A stretch of 63,210 bases of DNA, filler included, from Hyphochytrium catenoides (taxonomy: Eukaryota; Protista; Hyphochytriomycota): assembly GCA_900088475.1 (NCBI GenBank). It is 10 parts of 10 records of this genome, joined end to end, with 100 filler letters (N's around TTAATTAATTAA, not from the genome) between each part and the next. Parts side by side here need not be neighbours in the genome. Positions count along the whole stretch, not along the records: positions 1 to 20,909 come from FLMG01004142.1; positions 21,010 to 22,639 come from FLMG01001963.1; positions 22,740 to 24,201 come from FLMG01000440.1; positions 24,302 to 50,175 come from FLMG01004616.1; 6 more parts are not named here. One strand, 5' to 3'. The position numbers and the translations under genes are program-made. Shown here in pieces: positions 19,649 to 29,120 of this stretch (position 1 is its first letter; each line of letters opens with the position of its first letter). The notes under the pieces were generated by a model. The model was not told the DNA's origin. It made no database searches and saw nothing but the letters and a program-made list of their open reading frames with translations.

Positions 19649-20909
19649 GGCGGAAGAAGGAACGTAGAGGACGACGGACCACATCAGAGCTCCAGCTCCT
19701 GTTCTTATCCTCCGAACAGACAAGTCCCTTGTATCTCGTGAGCTCAGCACTCTGTGACATGATACTTCCCCCTGTACATCTCGCCTTCTTATAGCCCTCT
19801 GTCTTTATAAAGACTCGCTCTGTCTTTCGCTCGGGGTGACGTCAAGGTATGCTAAGGCAGGACGCCGTTTCAGCAGCTGATGGTGCAGAAGCGAAGAGGT
19901 GACGCGAGATATTTAGGTGGAGAGACAGAGCCAAACGAGATATACATCAAGGTATACTTATAACTACTTAGCCGTTAGACAGATGCAGGAAAGACAAAGT
20001 CTAATGAAACAGAGCACTAGGGCAGACACAACCCATATAGTTCAAGTTCTTCTGACAACGAGCCAAGCAGCCCACCCCAGCCTTTCCCTGCCTATGAACC
20101 TCAATAGTTTCTCAATATATATCTCAAAGTAAAGCCTTAAATCTCATGGGTTATCTATACACTTTGGATAGAGGGATAGCCGGTAACGGCTCTGGAATGA
20201 TTGCGAAGGTCCTGGTTCTTGCGGTTCGCATCCTTTCTCTGTTGCAGGAGCCATGTCTCTTCGGAGCCAGGCGATCTTTTTGCGGTCTCTGCTGCGCGCT
20301 GCTCCCGCTCCTCCTCCGCCTCCTCCTACCGCCACCAGGCCTATCATCGTCACTCGTCATCAGTCATTGTCCGTCCTGCCTTGCCATGGTTACCGGATTA
20401 GGGATTAGCCCTGGCCTTACTGCTGCGACTGCGGTGGTGGAGGATGTTAGTTGCTATGTAGCGGGAGAGGGCCCGGACAAGAATTGTCTGACTCTCTCAG
20501 AAAGTAAGGAGAGGAGTCTGAGCGCAATAAATGGCTTAGCTGAAGCTGGCAAGATTCACTTAGTGCAACTAGGAGCTGCAATGAGCGCTCTCACAGCTAA
20601 CAAGACATAGAGCCTGAGATAGATGGGGTGGTTGTTAGCGTTTCCTCTCTTCAAAACCGCCCCTGGTACTTCTTCCTCCCATGTGAAGGCACACTATGGC
20701 AACAGGAGAGATAGCTTGCCTTGCTCCTGACATATAGACATAGAGTTGCCGGCAGGTCATAACTGGCCAATGTCAAGGCCTATCCTCTATCATCCGTAAA
20801 GAAGGCAGATGGACAGGGTGACCACATGATGGCTCTACATTTGAGCGTGACGGACAAGACATACATTATTCATAGCTCTATAGCCTAACCTCAAGCACCT
20901 TCTCCTTTC

Positions 20910-21009
20910 NNNNNNNNNNNNNNNNNNNNNNNNNNNNNNNNNNNNNNNNNNNNTTAATTAATTAANNNNNNNNNNNNNNNNNNNNNNNNNNNNNNNNNNN
21001 NNNNNNNNN
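20910..21009. other. Artificial contig-joining spacer N44-TTAATTAATTAA-N44 (also at 22640-22739, 24202-24301, 50176-50275, 51809-51908, 54806-54905, 57800-57899, 59868-59967, 61999-62098; plain N gap at 60678-60729)
   Basis: Identical 100-bp structure at nine sites. The 12-mer carries stop codons in all six frames, a standard assembly linker design. Confidence 0.97.
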
Positions 21010-21295
21010 GAGAGAGAGAGAGAGGTGAGAGAGAAAAAGAGAGGCTTCATGTCTGGAAAGAGAAAGGCTAGGAGAGTACGCTAAGACTGAGAGGAAGAGA
21101 GCACCACCAATTGTGAGCAGCTCTACAGCAAGTACGGAGAGAGAAAGAAAGAGCGAGAGTACGGAAGAGAGAGAGTGTGAGAGAGAGAAAGAGAGAGAGT
21201 GTGAGAGGGAGCGAGAGAGAAAAGAGAAGAGAGAGAGAACAGGCGAGAGAGAGGGAAGAATACTGCACATTAAGACAAAGTATCTTTGCTCTTAC

Positions 21296-21412
21296 CTCTG
21301 AGAACTGCATAGATAATTTGTACGTCCCGCCCTCCCAGGAAGTTCCAGTTTTGCCAGGGATTCCTAGGCGCAAGATAGTCAAAACCATGGCAAGCTTGTT
21401 CGGCCACCAACA

Positions 21413-21460
<48 letters not shown>

Positions 21461-21630
21461 TTTCTCTCTCTCTCTCTCCTTGGGGAGCTGTCATCCGTAC
21501 CAGCATTCCATTGCATTAAGTTCGTCGATCCATCAGGATTAGCCGCTGGCCTGGCCCAGAAGCCTGGAGGATGGTCCTTTCTCCACGCCTTCCTCTCTTC
21601 TGCCAGTCTACCTCTTGCTATGCCTGACAT
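21296..21630 (-). CDS. UBC9: SUMO-conjugating enzyme UBC9, 5' part (exons 21501-21630 and 21296-21363); remainder lost at contig end
   Basis: [44 protein letters not shown]|[22 protein letters not shown] is the diagnostic Ubc9 N-terminus. The GT-AG intron contains a (GA)n tract. Confidence 0.95.
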
Positions 21631-21929
21631 CTTTCTCTCTCTCTCTCTTTTGAATCTCTCTCTTACCAATAACAGGGAGAGAGAGAGTGATGCAGGTACC
21701 AGCTACCAACTCAATGGGCCAAGAAAGAGGAAAAGGAAAGGGGAGAGAAGACAAGAGCAAAGAGAGAGAGAGGTTGCTGGAGAAGATAGGTGAGGTCTGA
21801 CAAAGGTCTGGGTTGTCTCAATGGCAGCAGAGCTTCAGCAGAGAAAAAGCTCTGACAGGCTTGGCAAATGCGATGATGGATGCTTCTTGACTGTGGGGGA
21901 CAGTGCCAAGAGAGAGAGAAAGGAAAGAC

Positions 21930-21976
<47 letters not shown>

Positions 21977-22031
21977 GGAAGAGAGAGAGAGAGAGACAGG
22001 GAGAGAGAAAGAAAGAGGAAGAGACAAAGAT

Positions 22032-22065
<34 letters not shown>

Positions 22066-22420
22066 TTTGAGAGAAGGGAGAAAGAGATGGAAAGATAAGG
22101 AAAAACAGCGTAACAAGAGAAACACTAGCATCCGAGAAAGAGTGCATCCAAGACATAGCAGGACAAAGTTAAAGAGAGAATCAGGTCAAGACAGAGCCAC
22201 GAGAGACACAAACGACGAAAAGGACTTACTGTCCCCACTTTTCGCGGGTAAATCTCAGAGCTACACACCACACTAACAGGCTAACACCACTTATATCACG
22301 TATAATGCGCTTATGTCGCCCCTTTATCACTGGGTGCCATATATCATATCCCGAATACAGAGGCGTGGTTGTTAGCTGTTTGGAACGCTCGTACGCCTAC
22401 AACGCACAGCATTGCCGATA

Positions 22421-22639
22421 AATGGAGCTCCGTCGCATCTCAATAAATCTTCGGCTTGGCGCCCTCCGTCAGTTCTACTGGCAGCCGCTTCAGACATAGA
22501 AGAGCTGCTTGTCATCGCCATGGATCGTCTGCGTGGCGGCCTCCGTCAGTACTGGCAGCAGCTGCAGACATAGGGGGCTTCGTATCATCTCCATGGATCT
22601 TCTGCTTGTCACCCTCCGTCAGTACTGGCAGCAGCTGCA
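22421..22639. repeat. Degenerate ~74-bp minisatellite, about 3 copies, running into the contig end
   Basis: Core CCTCCGTCAG(T)ACTGGCAGC(A/C)GCT(G/T)CAGACAT plus CATC(T/G)CCATGGATC recurs at ~74-77 bp spacing. Confidence 0.8.
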
Positions 22640-23211
22640 NNNNNNNNNNNNNNNNNNNNNNNNNNNNNNNNNNNNNNNNNNNNTTAATTAATTAANNNNN
22701 NNNNNNNNNNNNNNNNNNNNNNNNNNNNNNNNNNNNNNNGGGGGTGGGGGAGGGGAGAAAGAGAGGAGAGAGAGGGAGAGGATGAAAGGAGGCCACGGCC
22801 ACGGGACAGCCGAGATAACGCGGGGGAAAGGGAGGCCGGGGGGAGGTTAGAAAAGCGGAGAGAGGGATAGACTAGACTGAGACAGAAGTCAAAGGTGGAA
22901 GGAAGATCAAGAAAGAGCTCTGAAGCGCGGGGAGAACACAGGGTAATGAAGACTGATGAGAGAGAGAGATGTACAGGAGGACGTGTGCGCGTGGCGAATA
23001 TGCATTCCAGAGAGAGAAGAGGACAAGGGAGAGAAAGGGAAGCAGCTCTTAACCTTTGCTTTCCATAGTGGCCTCGTCTGCCTGGATCTCCTGCTTTAAT
23101 GACGGTTCGCACTGCCTCTGCCGCGGGCTCAAGATTTCCTGATGAGACGGAGCGCGAGGGCTACGGCACCGCTTCGGGCGCTGTCTTGATCGCATCGCCT
23201 CCCAATATTCC

Positions 23212-23256
<45 letters not shown>

Positions 23257-23546
23257 TCCTCTCTCTCTCTGTCTCTGTCTCTCTCTCTCTCTCTCTCTCT
23301 TCAAAAAGTTGAGTGCGGGACAGGTTCAGAAAGGACCACCAGTGGTGATCTGTAATAATACGGTCAGAACCCGCCGGTATCCCTCACGTAGAACTGCAAT
23401 GGTCAGTAGTAATGTCCCGCTCATTCTAGATACGTGATGTAATATTAAGGTTCCTATCGGAATAATACTACTCTTATTCTCGATTTGCTTCGTCACGAAA
23501 GGTCACGGTCGAAAAGTGCCAAGATCTCTTTGTAAATGAGAGAGAG

Positions 23547-23588
<42 letters not shown>

Positions 23589-23733
23589 CAGAGAGAGAGA
23601 GAGAGAGAGAAAGAAAGAAGAGGCACACACATAACCTTCTATAATTGCCAAGGTTATCTTATTATATCTTTTATCAGCGAGCCTTAGAGATGGATGAGAG
23701 AGAGAGGAGGAAGTAAAGGTAGAGCGCAATAAG

Positions 23734-23791
<58 letters not shown>

Positions 23792-24519
23792 AGCCACCTC
23801 GCAGAGTCTTCCCTACAACGCTATTGGAAGAAGACCAGAGCTCCCCTATAATAAAGCATGGGACAAGTCGAAGGGAAAGGACGCCAGCAAGGAAGAAGAG
23901 ATAGCAGCGTTGTTTGTCACTTTTCTATGTCGCCCGTCCCAGATAATAAGGCCTTCTTCACTTTGTAGGTAGACTGTCTCTCTCTTTAGCTTAGAGGGAT
24001 AATGGCTGCAATGCGGTTCAAGAGGAAAGAGTTAGACCTGTCCAAGGAAGAGAGAGAGAAGGAGAGATTTCCACCGCCTCTCGCCCCATACCAGATCTTC
24101 AAAAGCTCTCTCTCTCTTCGTTGCCCTAGAGGTATACTCTTTTTATGATAATTTATAGATGTTCAAGTGCAAATGGCCCCCGTCAAATTCTCCTCTGGTG
24201 CNNNNNNNNNNNNNNNNNNNNNNNNNNNNNNNNNNNNNNNNNNNNTTAATTAATTAANNNNNNNNNNNNNNNNNNNNNNNNNNNNNNNNNNNNNNNNNNN
24301 NAGAGAGAGAGAGAGAGAGAGGGGAGGGAGAGAGAGAGAGGGAGAAAGAGAGAGGGAGATAGAAGAGATGGAGAGAGAGAGAGAGTGGCGAGAGAGAGAG
24401 GGAGAGTGGCGAGAGAGAGAGGGAGAGGGAGAAAGAGAGAGGGAGACAGAAAAAGATGGAGATGGAGAGAGAGAGTAGAGTGGAGAGAGAGAGAGAGAGT
24501 GAGATATGAAGAGAGGAGA

Positions 24520-24917
24520 TAGGGAGGCAGAGGATCTTCCAATGAGGTTGCATTGAACCGCGAGACATCAGTCGCAGCACTATGGGCTACACGCCTCAGG
24601 ATCCTCTCCCGGCCATCATCACTTATAACCTCTTTGGGCAGCAGATCCTCGGGCCATCAGCGCTCAACAGGAAGTCTGGAGCGCCAGAGCGACACAGAGT
24701 GCACAAGAGGAAGAGCAGCCATCGCCCGATAGTGCCAATTCTTCTTACTCCTGAGGCTTACCATCTCCAGCTCTAACTCCGGGCCTCCCCTCCTGCTGCT
24801 CACTTCACTCTCGTTGGCCTTTATCCTTCTCCAATCCCTCGAACTTTTCTCTCCGAGGGCTACCCAGCCTGGCCTGTCAGACTCCACTCTCTCTTTGACT
24901 TTCAAGGGCTATGCCAT
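24520..24917 (-). pseudogene. Putative decayed ORF divergent from the PPR gene, with two in-frame stops
   Basis: ATG GCA TAG CCC TTG AAA.. reads MA*PLKVKERVESDRPGW...SRLPVER*WPEDLLPKEVISDDGRERILRRVAHSAATDV in one frame, with TAG at 24909-24911 and TGA at 24657-24659. No homology recognised. Confidence 0.35.
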
Positions 24918-25035
24918 AGCAAGACACTCTAGGAGAGCTGAGAAGGAGGAGGGTGCCAGAACCCCCCAAAGGCGAATGATATAATGCTGCTACCGGGCAC
25001 ATCTCTCTCTTCTCGATAAGCGTTACGACGGACAG

Positions 25036-28000
25036 ATGATCCGTCTGATTACCTCGCAGGTGAGGCCGGGCGGGAGAGACCTTCTGCTTCAGCAAGGGAG
25101 AGCCAATCTGAGACGATCTCAGTATGTGCCTTCTTCTCTCTCCAGACGGAGCTTCCTTTCTTTCTCCAGGTCTCAGCGTGGAAGCTTATCGCCCATCCTC
25201 GGGTCACTAGGAACAGATGTCAGGGGCGTGCAGACAGGGACTGCGGCCGTGCAGAGATCAGCTGGCAAGAAGGATAGGGTCAGGTCGAAAAAGACACCGG
25301 CCTCACTCAGGGAACAGGAGGCGGCGATGGAGCAGACGCTAGCCTCTCTGTCTTTCTCATTACGGACTGCTGGCTCCTCTGAGGTCTCCCAGCTTTTTTC
25401 TCGCTGTCTCACTCTTCCTCTTTCCCAGGACAAACTTCTAGAGCGACTCGTGGCTGAGCTCTGTAAGTCCAAACAGATCTATCGAGCTCGACAGCTTGTC
25501 AACCTCGCAAGAGAAAGAGACATTCAACCCCCTCTCTCTGTGTATAAAATGCTCGTGGAAGGCTATGTCAACGCCTCTCGCTCGGAAGACGTTCCTGCTC
25601 TCATTGACAGCTTTCCCCTCTCTTGTCCTCGCGAAGTGACTGACGTAACGCTGACAGGGATCCGGCTCTTAGGGGCGGACAACCTTTCCTGGCAGGGCGT
25701 GGAAGAGCTTCTCTCTCTTCTGCAGCAGCGTTCTATCTCTTTTGAGCACAAGGAACATCTGGAGGGATTGGTAGAAGTCTTTGGACAGGGGTTGAAGAGA
25801 GAAGAGGCGCTTCAGGCTTGGGAGGCGCTGCAGGCCTCTTTCCCCTCTGATCCTCCTTCTCCTCCCTCGGTGGCAGCAATGGCTCTCCTCTTCGCTCACT
25901 CTGATTCTCCCAGAGAGGCTCTGGATTTTCTGTCAGAACATGAGAGGAAGGGTTTGGTCCATCGTCACTATCTTAGCTATGCCGCAGTTTTTGGCGCTGC
26001 CGCTGCGAAAGAAGATACAGAGATCATGAGGGAGCTTCTCTTCGGCCCATTGAAAGAGCTCTCTCCCGGTCTCCCTCCCCATCAGTACTTTTGTCGGTAT
26101 ATCTCCCTTTTGGGGGATGATGACAACGTTATCAGGGAAATGAAGAATATCTTCGATGTCTATGCAGAGGTCCAGAGACCCGTGCCTGCGGAAGTCTGGG
26201 AAGAGTTCGCTCACATGGTTCTTCAGGGAGATCAGCCTCTAACTCCGATGGAATGGAAGGCGAACTTCGAGAAGTTTTTTCACAGAGGGTTTGGCCATGA
26301 ATCTCTCTGTGGGCTAGTGGGCGCGTATGCGAGGAACAGGTTGTTCGTCTACGCGGAGGGCTTTGTGGCTCTCGCTTTGGAACAAGGCTTTAGCAAGGTC
26401 CCTATGGATAGAATACTCGAGGAGCTGGTGGCGTCAGGTAGAGTGGCGGAAGGGATGGACATTATCTCTCGCTTCTATCGTCCAGAATGTGGCGCTGGTG
26501 CAACAAACAAGCTTCTAAAGGCGATGACGAAGGTCTCTTCGATAGAGGAGGTGGACAGAATGCTTGCTCTGATGAACGACTGGGGCCATACTGTGGATGC
26601 ACGCGTTGTGCCTTTCGTTCTGGAGCTGTACGGGGGAAGGCATGGCTCTCTGTTCCTCTTGGAGTCTGTCTTCTTGAAGCTCTTTAATGACTGTGGCTTT
26701 TCAATAGCTTCTCGATCGCTGTCTAGGGAAGAGAGAGGGCAGAGAGGAGGAACCGAGAAGCAGTCAAGCACAAAGCCCCGCATACCGACCGAGAATGAGT
26801 GCACGCGACTAATCAAAGCTTATGCCGAGAAAGGAGAGAAGCAGAAGTTAGAGAACCTACTTTCAAAGTTCCCGGACTGGGGCTTCTCTCCTGGCCTTCA
26901 AACCTACAATTACATCATTGAAGGTTTAGGGATGGGAGGGAGAGTTAAGGAAGCTCTTCAATACCTTCAAAAGCTGGATGACTTAGGGTTCCCTCCTTGC
27001 CGAAACTGCTATAATGCTCTCCTTGCGGCGTGCGCGGTGCGGAGAGACTCTCTCGCGGTAGACGTCTTGTTAGAAGGCATGAAAGAAAGAGCTCTTCCTA
27101 TAAGCCATCATTCTTTTCGGAAGCTCTGTCTGATGCACTTGCATAGGCTAAAGGCGCTTGAGGCAGCCTCTTCTAAGTCTAGACGCTTTGGAGGTAGAGA
27201 GCGGAAAGACGAGAAAGAAATAGTTCGGAGTAAGCTGGATGGAGTTGTCCGCTCTTTCGAGGAATATTACATTGAGGAAAAAGGGAGAAGACGTTTCTTG
27301 GGACGAAAGGACAGGAAAGTGTTCAACAGTCTGATCTTCTACTACGGCAAGGTAGGAGACCTGAAGAAGTGTCAGCAGCTCGTCGATATGATGAGGGAGT
27401 ACAAGCTTACTCCCAATGAAGATACTTTCCGTTTCCTTTTAATGGCCTTTGGAGAACGAGGACGCGTATGGAAAGCTGAGAGCATTTTCTCCATTTTCTC
27501 TGAGAGCGGCCTTCTTCCTTCCGTTAGAACCTTTGAAGCACTAGTTAGAGGGTACATCTCTTCCTCACAGACTTCTGATGCTCTCAACGTCGTTATCACA
27601 AGGATGCCGGCCCTTAAAGTGAGAGCAGACACACGTCTTCTCTCCGTCCTGTTGTACCATCTTGGCAGGGCGCGAGATCAGTTTAGTACCAAACGGCTAG
27701 TGCAGTGGATAGATAGTGAGGGTCTCTCACTAGGAGAAGATCTATTCGTGGCCATGCTAAGCGGCTTCGTAGACAGCAGAGATCTAGGCCTCGCTCGTTC
27801 ACTGTTCTTTTCTCTCTCTCCTGCCGATGTCCCTCTTCAGGCTTATGAGAAGCTATTCGGAGGGGCCGTCTTTGCGGGCGAAGAGGGCTTGGAGCTAATG
27901 AGGGCGTTGGAAGATAGAATGCGTAAAGGAGGGCTGCCTCTCTCTACTGCCTGCCGGTCTCATTTTTGTGAGGCGCTAGCGGTGAATGGCAGGATAGACG

Positions 28001-28629
28001 ACGCTAAGAGAGAGCTTGTGAAGATGCTGAATCAGAAGTTGTTGCCTTCTCAGAAAGCACTACGTATCTACTTCAGACACGCAGTGCGTGCTACGGCTAG
28101 TGGCACCGTGGAGGACGGCCAACAAAGAGATGAGGCAAGGGACCAGCTCAACGATTTGGAAAGGTTTAGGAAGGGGATGATAGAGAGAGGCTGGCTCGCT
28201 TCTCTGGAATCTGGATTGGCCATTCTTGGTGCTTTTGCCGACATTCGCGATTGGGATGGAACCTCAAGAGTCTTCGCTGAGTTAGAAAAGGAAGAGAAGG
28301 AAAAAGGCTTAAACTTGCCGCTCGCGGCGTACGAAGAGCTCATTTACTGTGCGGGGCGATGCGGCAAGGTTGATGAAGCGGAAGCGATCATAGACACAGC
28401 CGTGCAACACAACCTTTCTCCCTCTCTATTTATGTTCCATTCTCTTATTGAGTCATACACCACCGCGGGAAGAGCAGCTGACCCTGACACGCTAATGCTT
28501 CGGATACAGGACGAGTTCGGCCTCTCTCCTTCTGCCAAGACATACAACCTTCTTAGTGCCATGATGCAGCCTTTTGATAGGGAAGGAGGGCAGAAATGGC
28601 TCCAACACTCGCTTGACTCGCTCATCTAG
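25036..28629 (+). CDS. Pentatricopeptide-repeat (PPR) protein, single exon, 1197 aa, likely mitochondrion-targeted
   Basis: ~35-aa helical repeats with PPR consensus (TYNYIIEGLGMGGRVKEALQYLQKLDDLGFPP; VFNSLIFYYGKVGDLKKCQQLVDMMREYKLTPN; AYEELIYCAGRCGKVDEAEAII). R/S/L-rich, acid-poor N-terminus. Confidence 0.92.
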   Translation: MIRLITSQVRPGGRDLLLQQGRANLRRSQYVPSSLSRRSFLSFSRSQRGSLSPILGSLGTDVRGVQTGTAAVQRSAGKKDRVRSKKTPASLREQEAAMEQTLASLSFSLRTAGSSEVSQLFSRCLTLPLSQDKLLERLVAELCKSKQIYRARQLVNLARERDIQPPLSVYKMLVEGYVNASRSEDVPALIDSFPLSCPREVTDVTLTGIRLLGADNLSWQGVEELLSLLQQRSISFEHKEHLEGLVEVFGQGLKREEALQAWEALQASFPSDPPSPPSVAAMALLFAHSDSPREALDFLSEHERKGLVHRHYLSYAAVFGAAAAKEDTEIMRELLFGPLKELSPGLPPHQYFCRYISLLGDDDNVIREMKNIFDVYAEVQRPVPAEVWEEFAHMVLQGDQPLTPMEWKANFEKFFHRGFGHESLCGLVGAYARNRLFVYAEGFVALALEQGFSKVPMDRILEELVASGRVAEGMDIISRFYRPECGAGATNKLLKAMTKVSSIEEVDRMLALMNDWGHTVDARVVPFVLELYGGRHGSLFLLESVFLKLFNDCGFSIASRSLSREERGQRGGTEKQSSTKPRIPTENECTRLIKAYAEKGEKQKLENLLSKFPDWGFSPGLQTYNYIIEGLGMGGRVKEALQYLQKLDDLGFPPCRNCYNALLAACAVRRDSLAVDVLLEGMKERALPISHHSFRKLCLMHLHRLKALEAASSKSRRFGGRERKDEKEIVRSKLDGVVRSFEEYYIEEKGRRRFLGRKDRKVFNSLIFYYGKVGDLKKCQQLVDMMREYKLTPNEDTFRFLLMAFGERGRVWKAESIFSIFSESGLLPSVRTFEALVRGYISSSQTSDALNVVITRMPALKVRADTRLLSVLLYHLGRARDQFSTKRLVQWIDSEGLSLGEDLFVAMLSGFVDSRDLGLARSLFFSLSPADVPLQAYEKLFGGAVFAGEEGLELMRALEDRMRKGGLPLSTACRSHFCEALAVNGRIDDAKRELVKMLNQKLLPSQKALRIYFRHAVRATASGTVEDGQQRDEARDQLNDLERFRKGMIERGWLASLESGLAILGAFADIRDWDGTSRVFAELEKEEKEKGLNLPLAAYEELIYCAGRCGKVDEAEAIIDTAVQHNLSPSLFMFHSLIESYTTAGRAADPDTLMLRIQDEFGLSPSAKTYNLLSAMMQPFDREGGQKWLQHSLDSLI

Positions 28630-29120
28630 ACACTTCAGAGATCGTCACCTTACGAGAAGCCTGGACAAACGTAGTCCGTGCTTTAGGAAAGCTCTGCCAT
28701 TGGCTCTCTCTGAATCAGAAAACCCTCACTCTGTTCGTTGAGCCCGCCGCCCAAAAGAACGGTCAGAAATCCATCTCTGCTGTTAAATTTCCTGGGAGAC
28801 AGTGGGATTTTGAAGTGCGTATAAGGGGAGGCCGTCTCCGTAGCCACTGCCAGTGGGACTATCAAAACGAATGCGGGACGGTGATGCAGGAGCAACTCCT
28901 CTCTCTCCCTTCCACTTACTTAGGGGCTTTCACCTACATGATTCGCTCTCAACCACATGAGATGTAATTTATTAACAAGGTGAAGCTGTCAAAATGTATT
29001 ACAGCGCTACTTTAAACCTCACAGGCTGTCGATAGAGAGATAGTGCCTCTTCTTTCTTCTAGTCCAAAGTAGGATTTCTTGGTCCAAAGCAGGAGAGATG
29101 AGAGGAGTTTACTCTCTCGT

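Noticed and set aside
20954-20965. Recurrent TTAATTAATTAA motif in the middle of N-runs
   Set aside because: Artificial six-frame-stop linker; not biological, and synteny across it is meaningless.
24657-24659. Selenocysteine TGA in the decayed ORF
   Set aside because: The same frame also has a TAG, there is no redox motif, and no SECIS was seen.
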